UHGV virus genome: UHGV-1374678
Length of the DNA: 64,000 nucleotides
Reading direction: 5' to 3' (one strand)
From: a virus
Shown: piece after piece, positions 27,730 through 36,455 of the stretch
How the letters are laid out: every line of letters begins with the position of its first letter
Numbering within the stretch: the stretch's first letter is position 1
Notes under the pieces: model-generated
The model's database searches: none
The model's input: the letters and a program-made list of their open reading frames with translations, nothing else
What the model was told of the DNA's origin: nothing
Made by a program: the position numbers and the translations under genes

Positions 27730-28619
27730 TGAATAAGCCAACATTATGGGTTATGGTCGGTTTGTCTGGAAGTGGTAAATCAAGTGTAGCAAAAGAAATC
27801 GCAGAGAATAATTCTAACACAATTATCGTATCATTAGACAATATTTGTGAAGAATTGACTGGTAAAGTAGAAGATCAATCTAAAAATGAAGAAGTATCTA
27901 AAGTATTTCACAAAAGAATTCGTGAGACATTGGAGAATAATACTAATGTAGTTGCTGATGCGACAAATATTACAATGAGGTCGAGACGAGCAATTATTGA
28001 AAATGTCAAAAGTATTGAATGTCATAAAATCGTTTATCTGATTCCAAAACCATTTAGACAATGCAAAATTGATAACCTGAATAGACAACATCCTGTGCCT
28101 GAAGAAGTATTAAATGGGCAGCTTAGAAAATTCCAGATTCCGTTCATGGAAGATGGTTTTGATGAAGGAATTATTTATTACATACATAATAAAAATAGAT
28201 TGGATGCGTTAAAAATGTTTGATAATATGGAAGGTTTTAATCAACAAAATCCGCATCATACTTCAACACTTGCAGACCATTGCAAGAATGCGCATGAATT
28301 GTTTTCAAGACATGGTTATCCGTCAAAATATAATTTGGCAGCGTTATTTCATGATTATGGGAAATTGTACTGTAAAGAATTAGATGATGATGGAATTGCA
28401 CGTTTTTACGGACATGATTCAATTGGTTCATATATGATTTTAGAAAATTTTGCAGAAATATTTTATAAAGATGTTGCCGATATGTGTTTTTTAATTAACT
28501 ATCACATGATGCCTTTTGATTGGACAACAGAAAAATCTAAGGAACGTTGGAAGAAAAGGTTTGGAGAATATAAATATCAGATGCTTTTGGATTTTCATGA
28601 ATGCGATAAAGCGAGGTGA
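27729..28619 (+). CDS. polynucleotide 5'-kinase (T4 Pnk-like) fused to HD-domain phosphohydrolase (Cca-type 2',3'-cyclic phosphodiesterase/phosphatase-like)
   Basis: Walker A GLSGSGKSS. VVADATNITMRSRRAI aligns with T4 Pnk VIISDTNLNPERRLAW. C-terminal HxxH...HDYGK...GHD has the HD-superfamily signature, like the HDIGK of the bacterial CCA-enzyme HD domain. Confidence 0.75.
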   Translation: MNKPTLWVMVGLSGSGKSSVAKEIAENNSNTIIVSLDNICEELTGKVEDQSKNEEVSKVFHKRIRETLENNTNVVADATNITMRSRRAIIENVKSIECHKIVYLIPKPFRQCKIDNLNRQHPVPEEVLNGQLRKFQIPFMEDGFDEGIIYYIHNKNRLDALKMFDNMEGFNQQNPHHTSTLADHCKNAHELFSRHGYPSKYNLAALFHDYGKLYCKELDDDGIARFYGHDSIGSYMILENFAEIFYKDVADMCFLINYHMMPFDWTTEKSKERWKKRFGEYKYQMLLDFHECDKAR

Positions 28620-28625
28620 GACAAA

Positions 28626-28973
28626 ATGAGATGCAATACAGATTTAGAAACTTGGCTGCATGATTTCGAAGATGATATATTTCGTATCTTAATTTACAGA
28701 AAACCTGGTCAATATACTCCATACGAGATAGAGAATAAGTTTAGTGATGAATCATTGTATGTAGATAATGAGTACAAAAAAGTATTTATTGAAGATGTAA
28801 TAGAACTACCTGACAAAGATGTTCTGATTGGATTCAGAGAAGTTCTTGATGTGAATCAAAACGAAGATGGAGAATATGAATGCGAACTTGCAGATAGCAT
28901 TGAATATTATAAGTTATCAGAAATCAAACTGGAATGTTTCAAGTGTGATCAAGTGACAGGAGGTGAGTTTTAA
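28626..28973 (+). CDS. hypothetical acidic protein
   Basis: ORF track. Confidence 0.4.
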   Translation: MRCNTDLETWLHDFEDDIFRILIYRKPGQYTPYEIENKFSDESLYVDNEYKKVFIEDVIELPDKDVLIGFREVLDVNQNEDGEYECELADSIEYYKLSEIKLECFKCDQVTGGEF

Positions 28974-28975
28974 TA

Positions 28976-29397
28976 TGGTATCAAGTCAAATTATTGATGT
29001 GATTAACGAATTATGTAGTAAGTTCGGAATTGCAATCGATTGGTCACAGAAAAACGTGCAGCCTTATTTGGAAAGTCTTGTGATAAAAGCTGTAAATTAT
29101 GAATTATATACGTCTATTATGTGGATTGTAATCGGAGCAATTCTATTCGGAATAGGTTTATTTTATTTATCAAAAGCCAACGAGTGTAAAAAGAGATATA
29201 TAAAATATAAAAGAGATTCTATGGTTGACACTGAAAGTGATTATATATGTAAAGATTTATACAGAATATTAGGTTGGTCTTTATTTATAGCTGCTATCCT
29301 TCTTATTATATACAATACAAATGATGTTATTAAATGTATTATATTTCCAGATAAAGTTGTGTTTGATATGATTTATAGTTATTTACCAACTAATTAA
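28976..29397 (+). CDS. membrane protein
   Basis: ATG at 28976 after GGAGGTGAGTTTTAATATG. Two TM segments. Confidence 0.45.
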
Positions 29398-29404
29398 ATG
29401 GAGG

Positions 29405-29671
29405 ATGAACATGGAAGTATTTCAAAATATTATGATTATTTTCTTGACTGCACTACTACTAGGAATTTTAATTGCATTTTCAATTCTATTAGAGAAGTTC
29501 ATGAAGTTATCAGATGAAGTACATAAGAAACTCTTTGAAATGTCAGTAGAGAATAATACAAATGCGGATGACGGATTCATTCTTGGAGATGAGTTCTTGA
29601 CAGAAGACGAATTGACAAATAAAAGCGATGAAGATTCAAGAGAAGAATTCGGAATTTATTCTGAACGATAA
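29405..29671 (+). CDS. small membrane protein with acidic tail
   Basis: TM segment followed by an acidic C-terminus. GGAGGATGAACATG RBS. Confidence 0.45.
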   Translation: MNMEVFQNIMIIFLTALLLGILIAFSILLEKFMKLSDEVHKKLFEMSVENNTNADDGFILGDEFLTEDELTNKSDEDSREEFGIYSER

Positions 29672-29837
29672 AAGAGTAATAGTATTATGGTTATACGTCA
29701 GATATGAGGACAAATTCTTGCCGTAATCGTTCAAGATTAACAATTGGATATTGAAAAATAAAGAACTGAATTTGCTCTTTATACATATCAAATAGTAAGC
29801 AATATATGATGTATTTTTAGATTGGTGGTGAGATTTT

Positions 29838-29981
29838 ATGTGGGTGATTTTCTTATTAAGTGCAATCGCATTTGGGCTGGTTGCAATGCTATTCACTTGG
29901 TTAGGGAATAAAATTTTTCTTAGTATGAAGAAGGATGAAGAAAAAACAAAAAGAGAATTAGAAAAGGAGAATAACAAATAG
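29838..29981 (+). CDS. small membrane peptide (47 aa)
   Basis: ATG at 29838 (MWVIFLLSAIAFGLVAML...) precedes the SPFH gene. Ends in the GGAGAATAA junction. Not in the ORF track because it is short. Confidence 0.35.
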   Translation: MWVIFLLSAIAFGLVAMLFTWLGNKIFLSMKKDEEKTKRELEKENNK

Positions 29982-30841
29982 TGAAAAAAGGATTATTTAT
30001 TGGAATCATTGCAGTCGTAGCTGTAGTTGGAGGAATTTTTACAATCAAATCTTGTAAATTGATTGATACAGGAAAGGTTGGAATTGTTTATAGCTACAAA
30101 GGTGGAGTAGAAGATAAGGTATTACAGCCAGGATTAAACTTCATTTCACCAATTAAGAAAGTAAAACAGTTCTCAACAAGCAATGAGATTCTGGTTTTAT
30201 CAAAAGACAAGCGTGATGGAAGTGAGGATGACGATTCATTCAAAGTTGCAACGTCAGATGATGCAAGTATTGCATTGAGTTTTCAGATGTCTTACAGATA
30301 TGATCCAGATACAGTCATTGACACATACAAGAAATTCCGTGGAATGGACGGAGATGATATTGTAGAAAGTCGTGTAAAAACAGTTCTCAAATCAAAGATT
30401 TCTGAAGTCACAACAAATTATTCTATGATGGATATCTATTCCGGTAACAGATCAGCAATCAACAAAGAAATTACGGATGCTCTGAATACAGAATTCCATG
30501 AAAAATATGGTATCGAAGTTCTTGATGCTTCTATTATTGATGTTCATCCAGACAAAAAACTGAAAGAATCTATTGATAATCGTGTAAAAGCACTTCAGGA
30601 AAAGCAACAGGCAGAAGCAGAACAGCAGAAAATTCAGGTTCAGAAAGAGACTGAAAAGATGCAAGCTGAAGCAGATGCACAGATTGAGATTACGAAAGCA
30701 AAGGCTGAAGCTGAGTCGAACAAAATTGTCAGTGAATCAATCACTGATGAGCTTATCAGAATGAAAGAGGCAGAAGCAAGAAACAAATTCGGATGGGTTA
30801 CTGTTCAGGGAGCAGACACGGTTGTAACAGGCAATAAGTAA
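29981..30841 (+). CDS. SPFH/band-7 (stomatin/prohibitin-like) membrane protein
   Basis: N-terminal TM anchor, then an SPFH-like core and a C-terminal coiled coil (QQAEAEQQKIQVQKETEKMQAEA...). GTG start after GGAGAATAACAAATA. Confidence 0.7.
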   Translation: MKKGLFIGIIAVVAVVGGIFTIKSCKLIDTGKVGIVYSYKGGVEDKVLQPGLNFISPIKKVKQFSTSNEILVLSKDKRDGSEDDDSFKVATSDDASIALSFQMSYRYDPDTVIDTYKKFRGMDGDDIVESRVKTVLKSKISEVTTNYSMMDIYSGNRSAINKEITDALNTEFHEKYGIEVLDASIIDVHPDKKLKESIDNRVKALQEKQQAEAEQQKIQVQKETEKMQAEADAQIEITKAKAEAESNKIVSESITDELIRMKEAEARNKFGWVTVQGADTVVTGNK

Positions 30842-30874
30842 TCCATACATATAAAATAATATACATTTAACTTT

Positions 30875-30907
30875 GCGTAGTGTCACAGCTACGCAGAGTA
30901 TTTTAAA
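30875..30907 (+). terminator. rho-independent terminator
   Basis: GCGTAG-tgtcacag-CTACGC hairpin followed by AGAGTATTTT. Confidence 0.6.
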
Positions 30908-30914
30908 AATATGA

Positions 30915-31148
30915 TTGGAGAATATGTACATGGGAAAGAGGTTTAGATGGATTGATGCAATTAGAACAATGAGTATTGAGGAACTTGCGTCATATCTCAT
31001 AAAAGAGGACTTTACATTCAAGGACGGAATTTATTGGAAATCCCCAAGTGGAGAAAAATTTGATTATTACGATCTTGCTTTAGAAGATTGTATTAAATGG
31101 TTGAATTCTAAATATGACGGGAAGGAGAAATTTAATGGGATGGTATGA
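30915..31148 (+). CDS. hypothetical protein
   Basis: ORF track. Confidence 0.4.
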   Translation: MENMYMGKRFRWIDAIRTMSIEELASYLIKEDFTFKDGIYWKSPSGEKFDYYDLALEDCIKWLNSKYDGKEKFNGMV

Positions 31149-31506
31149 GGAATACATGTCGAATACATATATAACAAATCTTGAGTCAGTTATAAAAGGT
31201 ATTAAAGAAAAAGATAAGCTAATTGATTTTTTACAAGAAGAGAATAAAAAATTGGAAAACGAACATTACAAAGACAATAAACTGAAAAAATTACAATATA
31301 AGATTGACCAGTTACAGGGTGATTGTAATAGAGGATTTCCGATTAGTTATAACGAGCAAGAAGTAATTGATGAACTTCGTGAAAAACATAAAAAGGTATG
31401 TCCTCGTTGCAGTTTTAAGTATGTGTTCGAACAATTTTCTATTGTGGAATTTGGGTATTTAAAATGCAATGTTTGCGGTGAAGAAATAAAATTTGCAGAA
31501 CGGTGA
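31137..31506 (+). CDS. coiled-coil zinc-ribbon protein
   Basis: ATG at 31137 with C-terminal CPRCS...CNVCGE. Confidence 0.4.
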
Positions 31507-31520
31507 TGGAGAATAATTAG

Positions 31521-31781
31521 ATGAAGGAACTATTGTTAGAGTATATGGATAGCATTAATGCTGAAGGAATAGACTTTGTTAGTCTTGGTTTTCCGCTTGA
31601 TGGTATTGTTTATAAGTCATACACAAGAGACGACTTTGAAAAGAATGGAATAATCCTTAAAACAAACAGAGTCATATGGAGAATAATCAATGGTGAGAAA
31701 CATTATTATTGTGGCGAGAATGATTCGGGACATGTGACGTGGAAAGATTTAGAAGGTTATAGAAAGGAATTTGCGAAATGA
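31521..31781 (+). CDS. hypothetical protein
   Basis: ORF track. Confidence 0.4.
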   Translation: MKELLLEYMDSINAEGIDFVSLGFPLDGIVYKSYTRDDFEKNGIILKTNRVIWRIINGEKHYYCGENDSGHVTWKDLEGYRKEFAK

Positions 31782-32212
31782 GATTTTCTGAAGCAATCGA
31801 ACATCTTCTTAACGGAGAATATATAAGAAGATCAGAATGGCGTAAAGATTTTTATATCAAACTTGAAGACGATGCAATTGTAGATTGTGATGGATCAGCA
31901 GAAGTGTTCTATAGCAAAGACATTTTTGCTAATGATTGGGAGATATATCAGCCTAAATTAGATGTAGGTACAGTTATTCAACATCATGACGGTACAATCG
32001 GAATTGTGCTTGATTCATGCAAATCAGATAAGGAATACACTGTTTTGAATGAGAATGGATGTGTAGAAACGCTAAATGAAACTCAGATTTCATTAATCAA
32101 TATTGACGATGGAAGAGTTAGTTTACATGTAGATTCTGCAAGTAAAAAGCTCAAAAGTTTAGTTTTATCATTACAGATGATTTCAGAGTTAGTAAATGAA
32201 GATATTTGGTAA
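31778..32212 (+). CDS. DUF2829-like phage protein
   Basis: N-terminus MRFSEAIEHLLNGEYIRRSEWRKDFYI resembles the family of 36911 ([28 protein letters not shown]). Confidence 0.4.
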   Translation: MRFSEAIEHLLNGEYIRRSEWRKDFYIKLEDDAIVDCDGSAEVFYSKDIFANDWEIYQPKLDVGTVIQHHDGTIGIVLDSCKSDKEYTVLNENGCVETLNETQISLINIDDGRVSLHVDSASKKLKSLVLSLQMISELVNEDIW

Positions 32213-32342
32213 CAGAGAATAAACAAGTAAGAGATGTCCACGATGCAAATGACATTAAACTTATTGCACAGTGCTAACAAAAGAATAGAGATGATAGTTG
32301 GTAGTGTCTACCATCTCCACTGAATTTCTTTTCCAACAACCG

Positions 32343-32441
32343 TTATTGCATTCGATTATCTAGTAACCGAAGACGAGATACCAGCTCGTACTTCTTAATA
32401 CGGTTAAGCACTTTAAGCGGTTTCAGTTCCGCTTGGTACAT
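32343..32441 (-). CDS. possible 32-aa peptide on the minus strand
   Basis: Minus-strand ATG preceded by TAAGGAC, coding MYQAELKPLKVLNRIKKYELVSRLRLLDNRMQ. Only a weak call. Confidence 0.15.
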   Translation of the reverse strand: MYQAELKPLKVLNRIKKYELVSRLRLLDNRMQ

Positions 32442-32622
32442 GTCCTTAGCTGCTTTGCTTCCATTGGGCTGGACGAATTCAAAACTGCTTTCAAAGCAAA
32501 TTCCTCCTTAGTCCATATAGGGACAGGAAGTATTATAACAGAACAAAGGACATGTATCAATAACTGATAGAGAATATATAAGTATAAAGTTTAAAGATTC
32601 AAAGATTAAAGGAGAAAAGATT

Positions 32623-33267
32623 ATGAGTACAATTGAGAAAATGACAGTTCACAAAGCACTGGCAGAGTTAAAGATTATTGATTCTAGAATAGAGAGATCA
32701 ATTGATGATGCACAGTTCTGTGTGGCAAACAAACATTCTAATGAAAAAATTAATGGTATTCCGGTTGAAGATGCTAAAAGGTTAATGGTTGGAAGTTATG
32801 ACAAAGCATCTGATCTTATTAAAAGAAGAAACGCAATCAAGAGAGCAGTTGTTCTTTCTAACGCTAAGACAATTGTTGCGATTGCAGACAGAGAATATAC
32901 AGTTGCAGAAGCTATTGAGATGAAAAATCATGGCATTGACTTTGAGGAACTTCTTTTAAATGAAATGAGATGTCAATACGCAGACGCTAATAGAACTATC
33001 TCAGCAGAAAATGGCGAAAAACTGAGCGAAAGAGCAGATAAATTTGTCATTGACATGTATGGATCAAAAGAGGGCAAAACAAATACTGCTGATTTTGAGA
33101 AAGCTAAGAAAGATTTTATCACAGCAAATTCTTATGACTTAGTTGATCCGCTTGGTATCAAGAAGAAGATTGATAAGCTAGAAGAATATATCTCAAATTT
33201 CAAGACAGAAGTAGATGCTGCATTGAGTGTTAGCAATGCTATTACAGAAATTACTGTAGAGTATTAG
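32623..33267 (+). CDS. hypothetical protein
   Basis: 214-aa ORF with RBS AAAGGAGAAAAGATTATG, after a 400-bp non-coding gap. Confidence 0.55.
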   Translation: MSTIEKMTVHKALAELKIIDSRIERSIDDAQFCVANKHSNEKINGIPVEDAKRLMVGSYDKASDLIKRRNAIKRAVVLSNAKTIVAIADREYTVAEAIEMKNHGIDFEELLLNEMRCQYADANRTISAENGEKLSERADKFVIDMYGSKEGKTNTADFEKAKKDFITANSYDLVDPLGIKKKIDKLEEYISNFKTEVDAALSVSNAITEITVEY

Positions 33268-33908
33268 AGAATATATAAATAGGAAATTATTTCACTGTTT
33301 GCTGAAAACTTAAAACTACAATCATTCAGACTTTTGCAAGTATAGCCTGAATAAAAACAATAAAGAAACTTGCAATATCCTAAAACATAAAAGGTAAGTA
33401 GAATATTAAGTAGAATATACAGATGAATGTTTAATGCACATTGTTAAACAGATAGCTGTAAAGAGTAAAGTTCAAATGTCAAGTAGTAAAACTCAAAATT
33501 CAAAGATTATGTTTTGTGTAAAGTTTAAATAGTAAATAGTAAAGATATAAAGTTTTATGAAATCTTCGATAACAGTTTTCAGTATGATTGTACTTGACTA
33601 TAAGTTGTCTGCGAAGCTGGTAAATGGTGAATTAATTATAAATGTCAACCTGCATAATAATATGCATAGTTATCGTGTGGGTTGACAAATAAGCACCCAA
33701 GGTGATGCGGTACGTTGCACCTGGCTTATATCCAGCGATTCTCCGTTCGACTCGGAGTGGGTGTACTGTATCTGAATATTCACAGAATGTGTTATTAATT
33801 TCCTTTCTTTCTATGAACATTCTAGTTCAGATACAATGTTTTTCATAACTTCCTTTTTGTTGGGTTGGCAACTTACCCTAGAGACAAAAAAGTTGCAAAT
33901 AAAAATAT

Positions 33909-34050
33909 GGTGGATGACAGCAACGGAACGAAATTTGTTGTGCATGACAAATTCTAGTATGAGTAGGAACGCTGTGGTTGTAAGTGAAGTTGTTAAGAAG
34001 ATGCACATTCGAGGCAATGAATCTTATAAAGGTGGTTCGAATCCACCATC
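33909..34050 (+). ncRNA. tRNA-like element / orphan tRNA 3' half
   Basis: Perfect T-arm GGTGG-TTCGAAT-CCACC at 34031-34047, followed by ATCCATC. That 7-mer can pair with GGTGGAT at 33909 to give a 7-bp acceptor-like helix with one G:U. The intervening 110 nt does not fold as a canonical tRNA. Confidence 0.3.
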
Positions 34051-34445
34051 CATCTTTTAATTTCAAAACCTGTCGTTCAGCCTGTATGGTGAGCAAATTA
34101 TAAAATTGGAACACAAGCCTTAAATGAACGTAAAACAAAAGGAATCGAAGTACAAGATTCTGGAGTAGACCTAGACACAGTACCGTTATAAGATAGCTCA
34201 TAAACTGAAAAGATATATGTTTTTGAGTGAAAAAAGTAAGTAAAGAATGAAATACTGAAAATTCTTATGAAACAGAAATAGAAATCGCTCAAATTGCCAC
34301 GATGTTATGAAAGGTCATTGTGGAAATTCAATGGGCTGTGGTGAATAAGTAAACACATAGAGCTTTGACCTCTACATTAATGGGAGCGTTACCCATCAGC
34401 CTAGCTTGTGAGATTTTGGAACATCTCACAAATAAAATTCTTTCA

Positions 34446-34481
34446 TGGTATAAGTTTTTAAAGATGTGCAGAAATGCACAT
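34446..34481 (+). promoter_or_regulatory. possible extended -10 promoter and hairpin upstream of tRNA-Leu
   Basis: TGGTATAAG (TGnTATAAG-like extended -10), then the inverted repeat TGTGCA-GAAA-TGCACA directly 5' of the tRNA. Confidence 0.3.
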
Positions 34482-34484
34482 CGA

Positions 34485-34567
34485 GCTGGCATGGCGGAAT
34501 GGTAGACGCAATGGACTTAAAATCCATCGGTGGAAACACCATACGAGTTCAAGTCTCGTTGCCAGTA
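34485..34567 (+). tRNA. tRNA-Leu (anticodon UAA)
   Basis: Hand fold: acceptor GCTGGCA/TGCCAGT, D-arm GCG..CGC, anticodon stem ATGGA/TCCAT with loop CTTAAAA (anticodon TAA), long variable arm GGTG-GAAA-CACC, T-arm ACGAG-TTCAAGT-CTCGT, discriminator A. No CCA encoded. Confidence 0.85.
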
Positions 34568-34726
34568 TTAGTCATATGAGACATTTTATTCCTTGAGCAA
34601 GAATGATGAAGTCGGTACAAGAGATTGCTCATTCTCTGTATTTTTCATTTGTGTGTTATGCGAGCAGCACGAATGACATATGGCATTACCCCCAACATAG
34701 GATATTTACATTTTACAAAAATGGTT

Positions 34727-34796
34727 TGGCTGTTAGCTCAGTTGGAAGAGCATCTATTGCAAGAGAGGGTCACAGGTTCGATTCCTGCACAGTCAA
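34727..34796 (+). tRNA. degenerate tRNA-like gene (pseudo-tRNA?)
   Basis: Canonical 5' half TGGCTGT-TA-GCTC-AGTTGGAA-GAGC, T-loop GGTTCGATTCC and a pairing acceptor 3' strand ACAGTCA. The anticodon-arm region is 2-3 nt too short to fold canonically and the T-stem has an A:C mismatch. Overlapping ORFs 34603..34884 are probably spurious. Confidence 0.4.
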
Positions 34797-35071
34797 CTCG
34801 ACGCAGAAAACATTTGATTTTTGCATTCATGTTTTGCACGCCTCCTTTCTTAAAGTGCAAAGTAGGTTGTTAGTTTATTGGTAGAATATCTTATTGAAAA
34901 ATAATGTAATCCTGTTCTTTTCGCTTTCTTAACGATGTGACACATTATAATAAGAAGAAACACGTTCGATCCGTGTACAATCTATCAGTCTTGGTTGACT
35001 TTCCCACTTTCAAACGAAGACTCTAAATTCGGTAGTAAAGTGGAGAATATAATCATAGGTGGTGAAAAATT

Positions 35072-35293
35072 ATGAGATGTCCGTATTGTGACAAAGAAAT
35101 GATTAAGAAGTACAAAATTAAGCACTTCTGTAATTTCGATGATCCAAGAGATTCATGGGAGAAAGAGATACATATCTGTAATAAGTGTGGTATCAAGAAA
35201 GTAGTGGTAAATGGAAGATTCTACATAAGTATAGAAGACCATCAACCAATCAGATTCGCAGATGCAAGACTTTGGCTAAGATATATGACATAG
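35072..35293 (+). CDS. zinc-ribbon protein
   Basis: CPYCDK...CNKCG. Confidence 0.4.
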   Translation: MRCPYCDKEMIKKYKIKHFCNFDDPRDSWEKEIHICNKCGIKKVVVNGRFYISIEDHQPIRFADARLWLRYMT

Positions 35294-35430
35294 ATTTTGA
35301 GCCACTTCTTGCCAGACAGTGCAAGAGATTCATCACGAGAATGCTTAACAGATTACATAATCAGGATCATTGTTGCGATGAAGAACTCCATATCATTGGA
35401 GAGAATAAATAAGAAAAGGAGATAAGCAAC

Positions 35431-35670
35431 ATGACAAGAGAAGAAAGAATGCAGAAAAGAAGAGACGCAGGTAAGGTTTACACTTACAAGAAGAATCCTT
35501 ATGAAAAAGGAACTAAAGAATGGGTTAAGGAAGAATGTGTGAGAGCAGAGAAAAGAAAATCTAAGAAACCACATTACGCTAAGATGACTTCTGTATTTGC
35601 TAAGTTGGACAATGAGCTTGCAAAAGCTGAACTTGCTGCAAAGAAGAAGTCCAAGAAAGAGAATAAATAA
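35431..35670 (+). CDS. small highly basic (Lys-rich) protein
   Basis: 79 aa, about 30% K/R. Possible nucleic-acid-binding protein. RBS AAAGGAGATAAGCAACATG. Confidence 0.45.
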   Translation: MTREERMQKRRDAGKVYTYKKNPYEKGTKEWVKEECVRAEKRKSKKPHYAKMTSVFAKLDNELAKAELAAKKKSKKENK

Positions 35671-35862
35671 ATGAAAGAACCTTTCTTGAAAATTATTGGT
35701 ATTATCGGAATCTTCATTGTACTTCTTAGTTGGATTGTTACATGTGGATTTATAAAACTGATTACAATTTGCTTTGGGTGGACATTCAAATGGTCAATTG
35801 CAACTGGAATTTGGTTAATATTGTTATTGCTAGAAGCAACATTAAAACCTGAATCAAAATAG
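35671..35862 (+). CDS. small membrane protein
   Basis: Two TM segments. Confidence 0.4.
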   Translation: MKEPFLKIIGIIGIFIVLLSWIVTCGFIKLITICFGWTFKWSIATGIWLILLLLEATLKPESK

Positions 35863-35874
35863 GAGAATAAGCCA

Positions 35875-36150
35875 ATGATAGAAATTATAGAAACTAATCT
35901 TGCTATAGATGAGAATAAAGATATTAGAGATCATCAGTCGAGAGTAGTTCTTGCAGATGATTGGGAATCTTATTGTGAAGCATACGAAAAGTATGACGGA
36001 TCAAGGGTGATATTCCCATCAAAGAATCCTGGTGCTAGTATCTATGAAGATAGAAATATAGAGGACTTGGAGCATGATGAGTATCATTTGTATTGCAGAA
36101 TAGTCAATGAGCATTTTACAGATACGAGACTTGCATACAAAATCAGTTGA
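35875..36150 (+). CDS. hypothetical protein
   Basis: ORF track. Confidence 0.4.
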   Translation: MIEIIETNLAIDENKDIRDHQSRVVLADDWESYCEAYEKYDGSRVIFPSKNPGASIYEDRNIEDLEHDEYHLYCRIVNEHFTDTRLAYKIS

Positions 36151-36182
36151 TGAAAACAAAGTTTCATTTGGAGAATAATATT

Positions 36183-36455
36183 ATGAAAAAGAAAATCGCA
36201 ATAATTATTGTTGCACTATCAATATGTGTTGGAATGGCAGGATGTTCTGGAAAAGCCAGAGATGGTAATTGTAATTTTACATATGTAGATAATGAGTATA
36301 TACATTTGATTACTGTTTGTGACAGAGATGATGGAAATATTATAGCTTATGATGAAAATACAAAAGTATTGTACTTATGTGTTTACGGATATTCTACAAT
36401 GGGAATTACGCCAATTTATAACTCAGACGGTTCTTTAAAACTGTATGAGAAATAA
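36183..36455 (+). CDS. lipoprotein
   Basis: Signal peptide MKKKIAIIIVALSICVGMAGC with a lipobox (MAGC). GGAGAATAATATTATG RBS. Confidence 0.55.
   Translation: MKKKIAIIIVALSICVGMAGCSGKARDGNCNFTYVDNEYIHLITVCDRDDGNIIAYDENTKVLYLCVYGYSTMGITPIYNSDGSLKLYEK

Noticed and set aside
33909-34050. Possibility that the T-arm/acceptor fragment is the 3' end of a tmRNA.
   Set aside because: There is no G3:U70 pair, no CCA or tag-peptide reading frame ending in ...AA-stop, and no tmRNA-like 5' domain could be located by eye. Kept only as a generic tRNA-like element.
34603-34884. Two overlapping + strand ORFs (93 aa and 82 aa) downstream of tRNA-Leu.
   Set aside because: They overlap the tRNA-like gene at 34727-34796 and each other. 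There is no RBS. They are most likely spurious.
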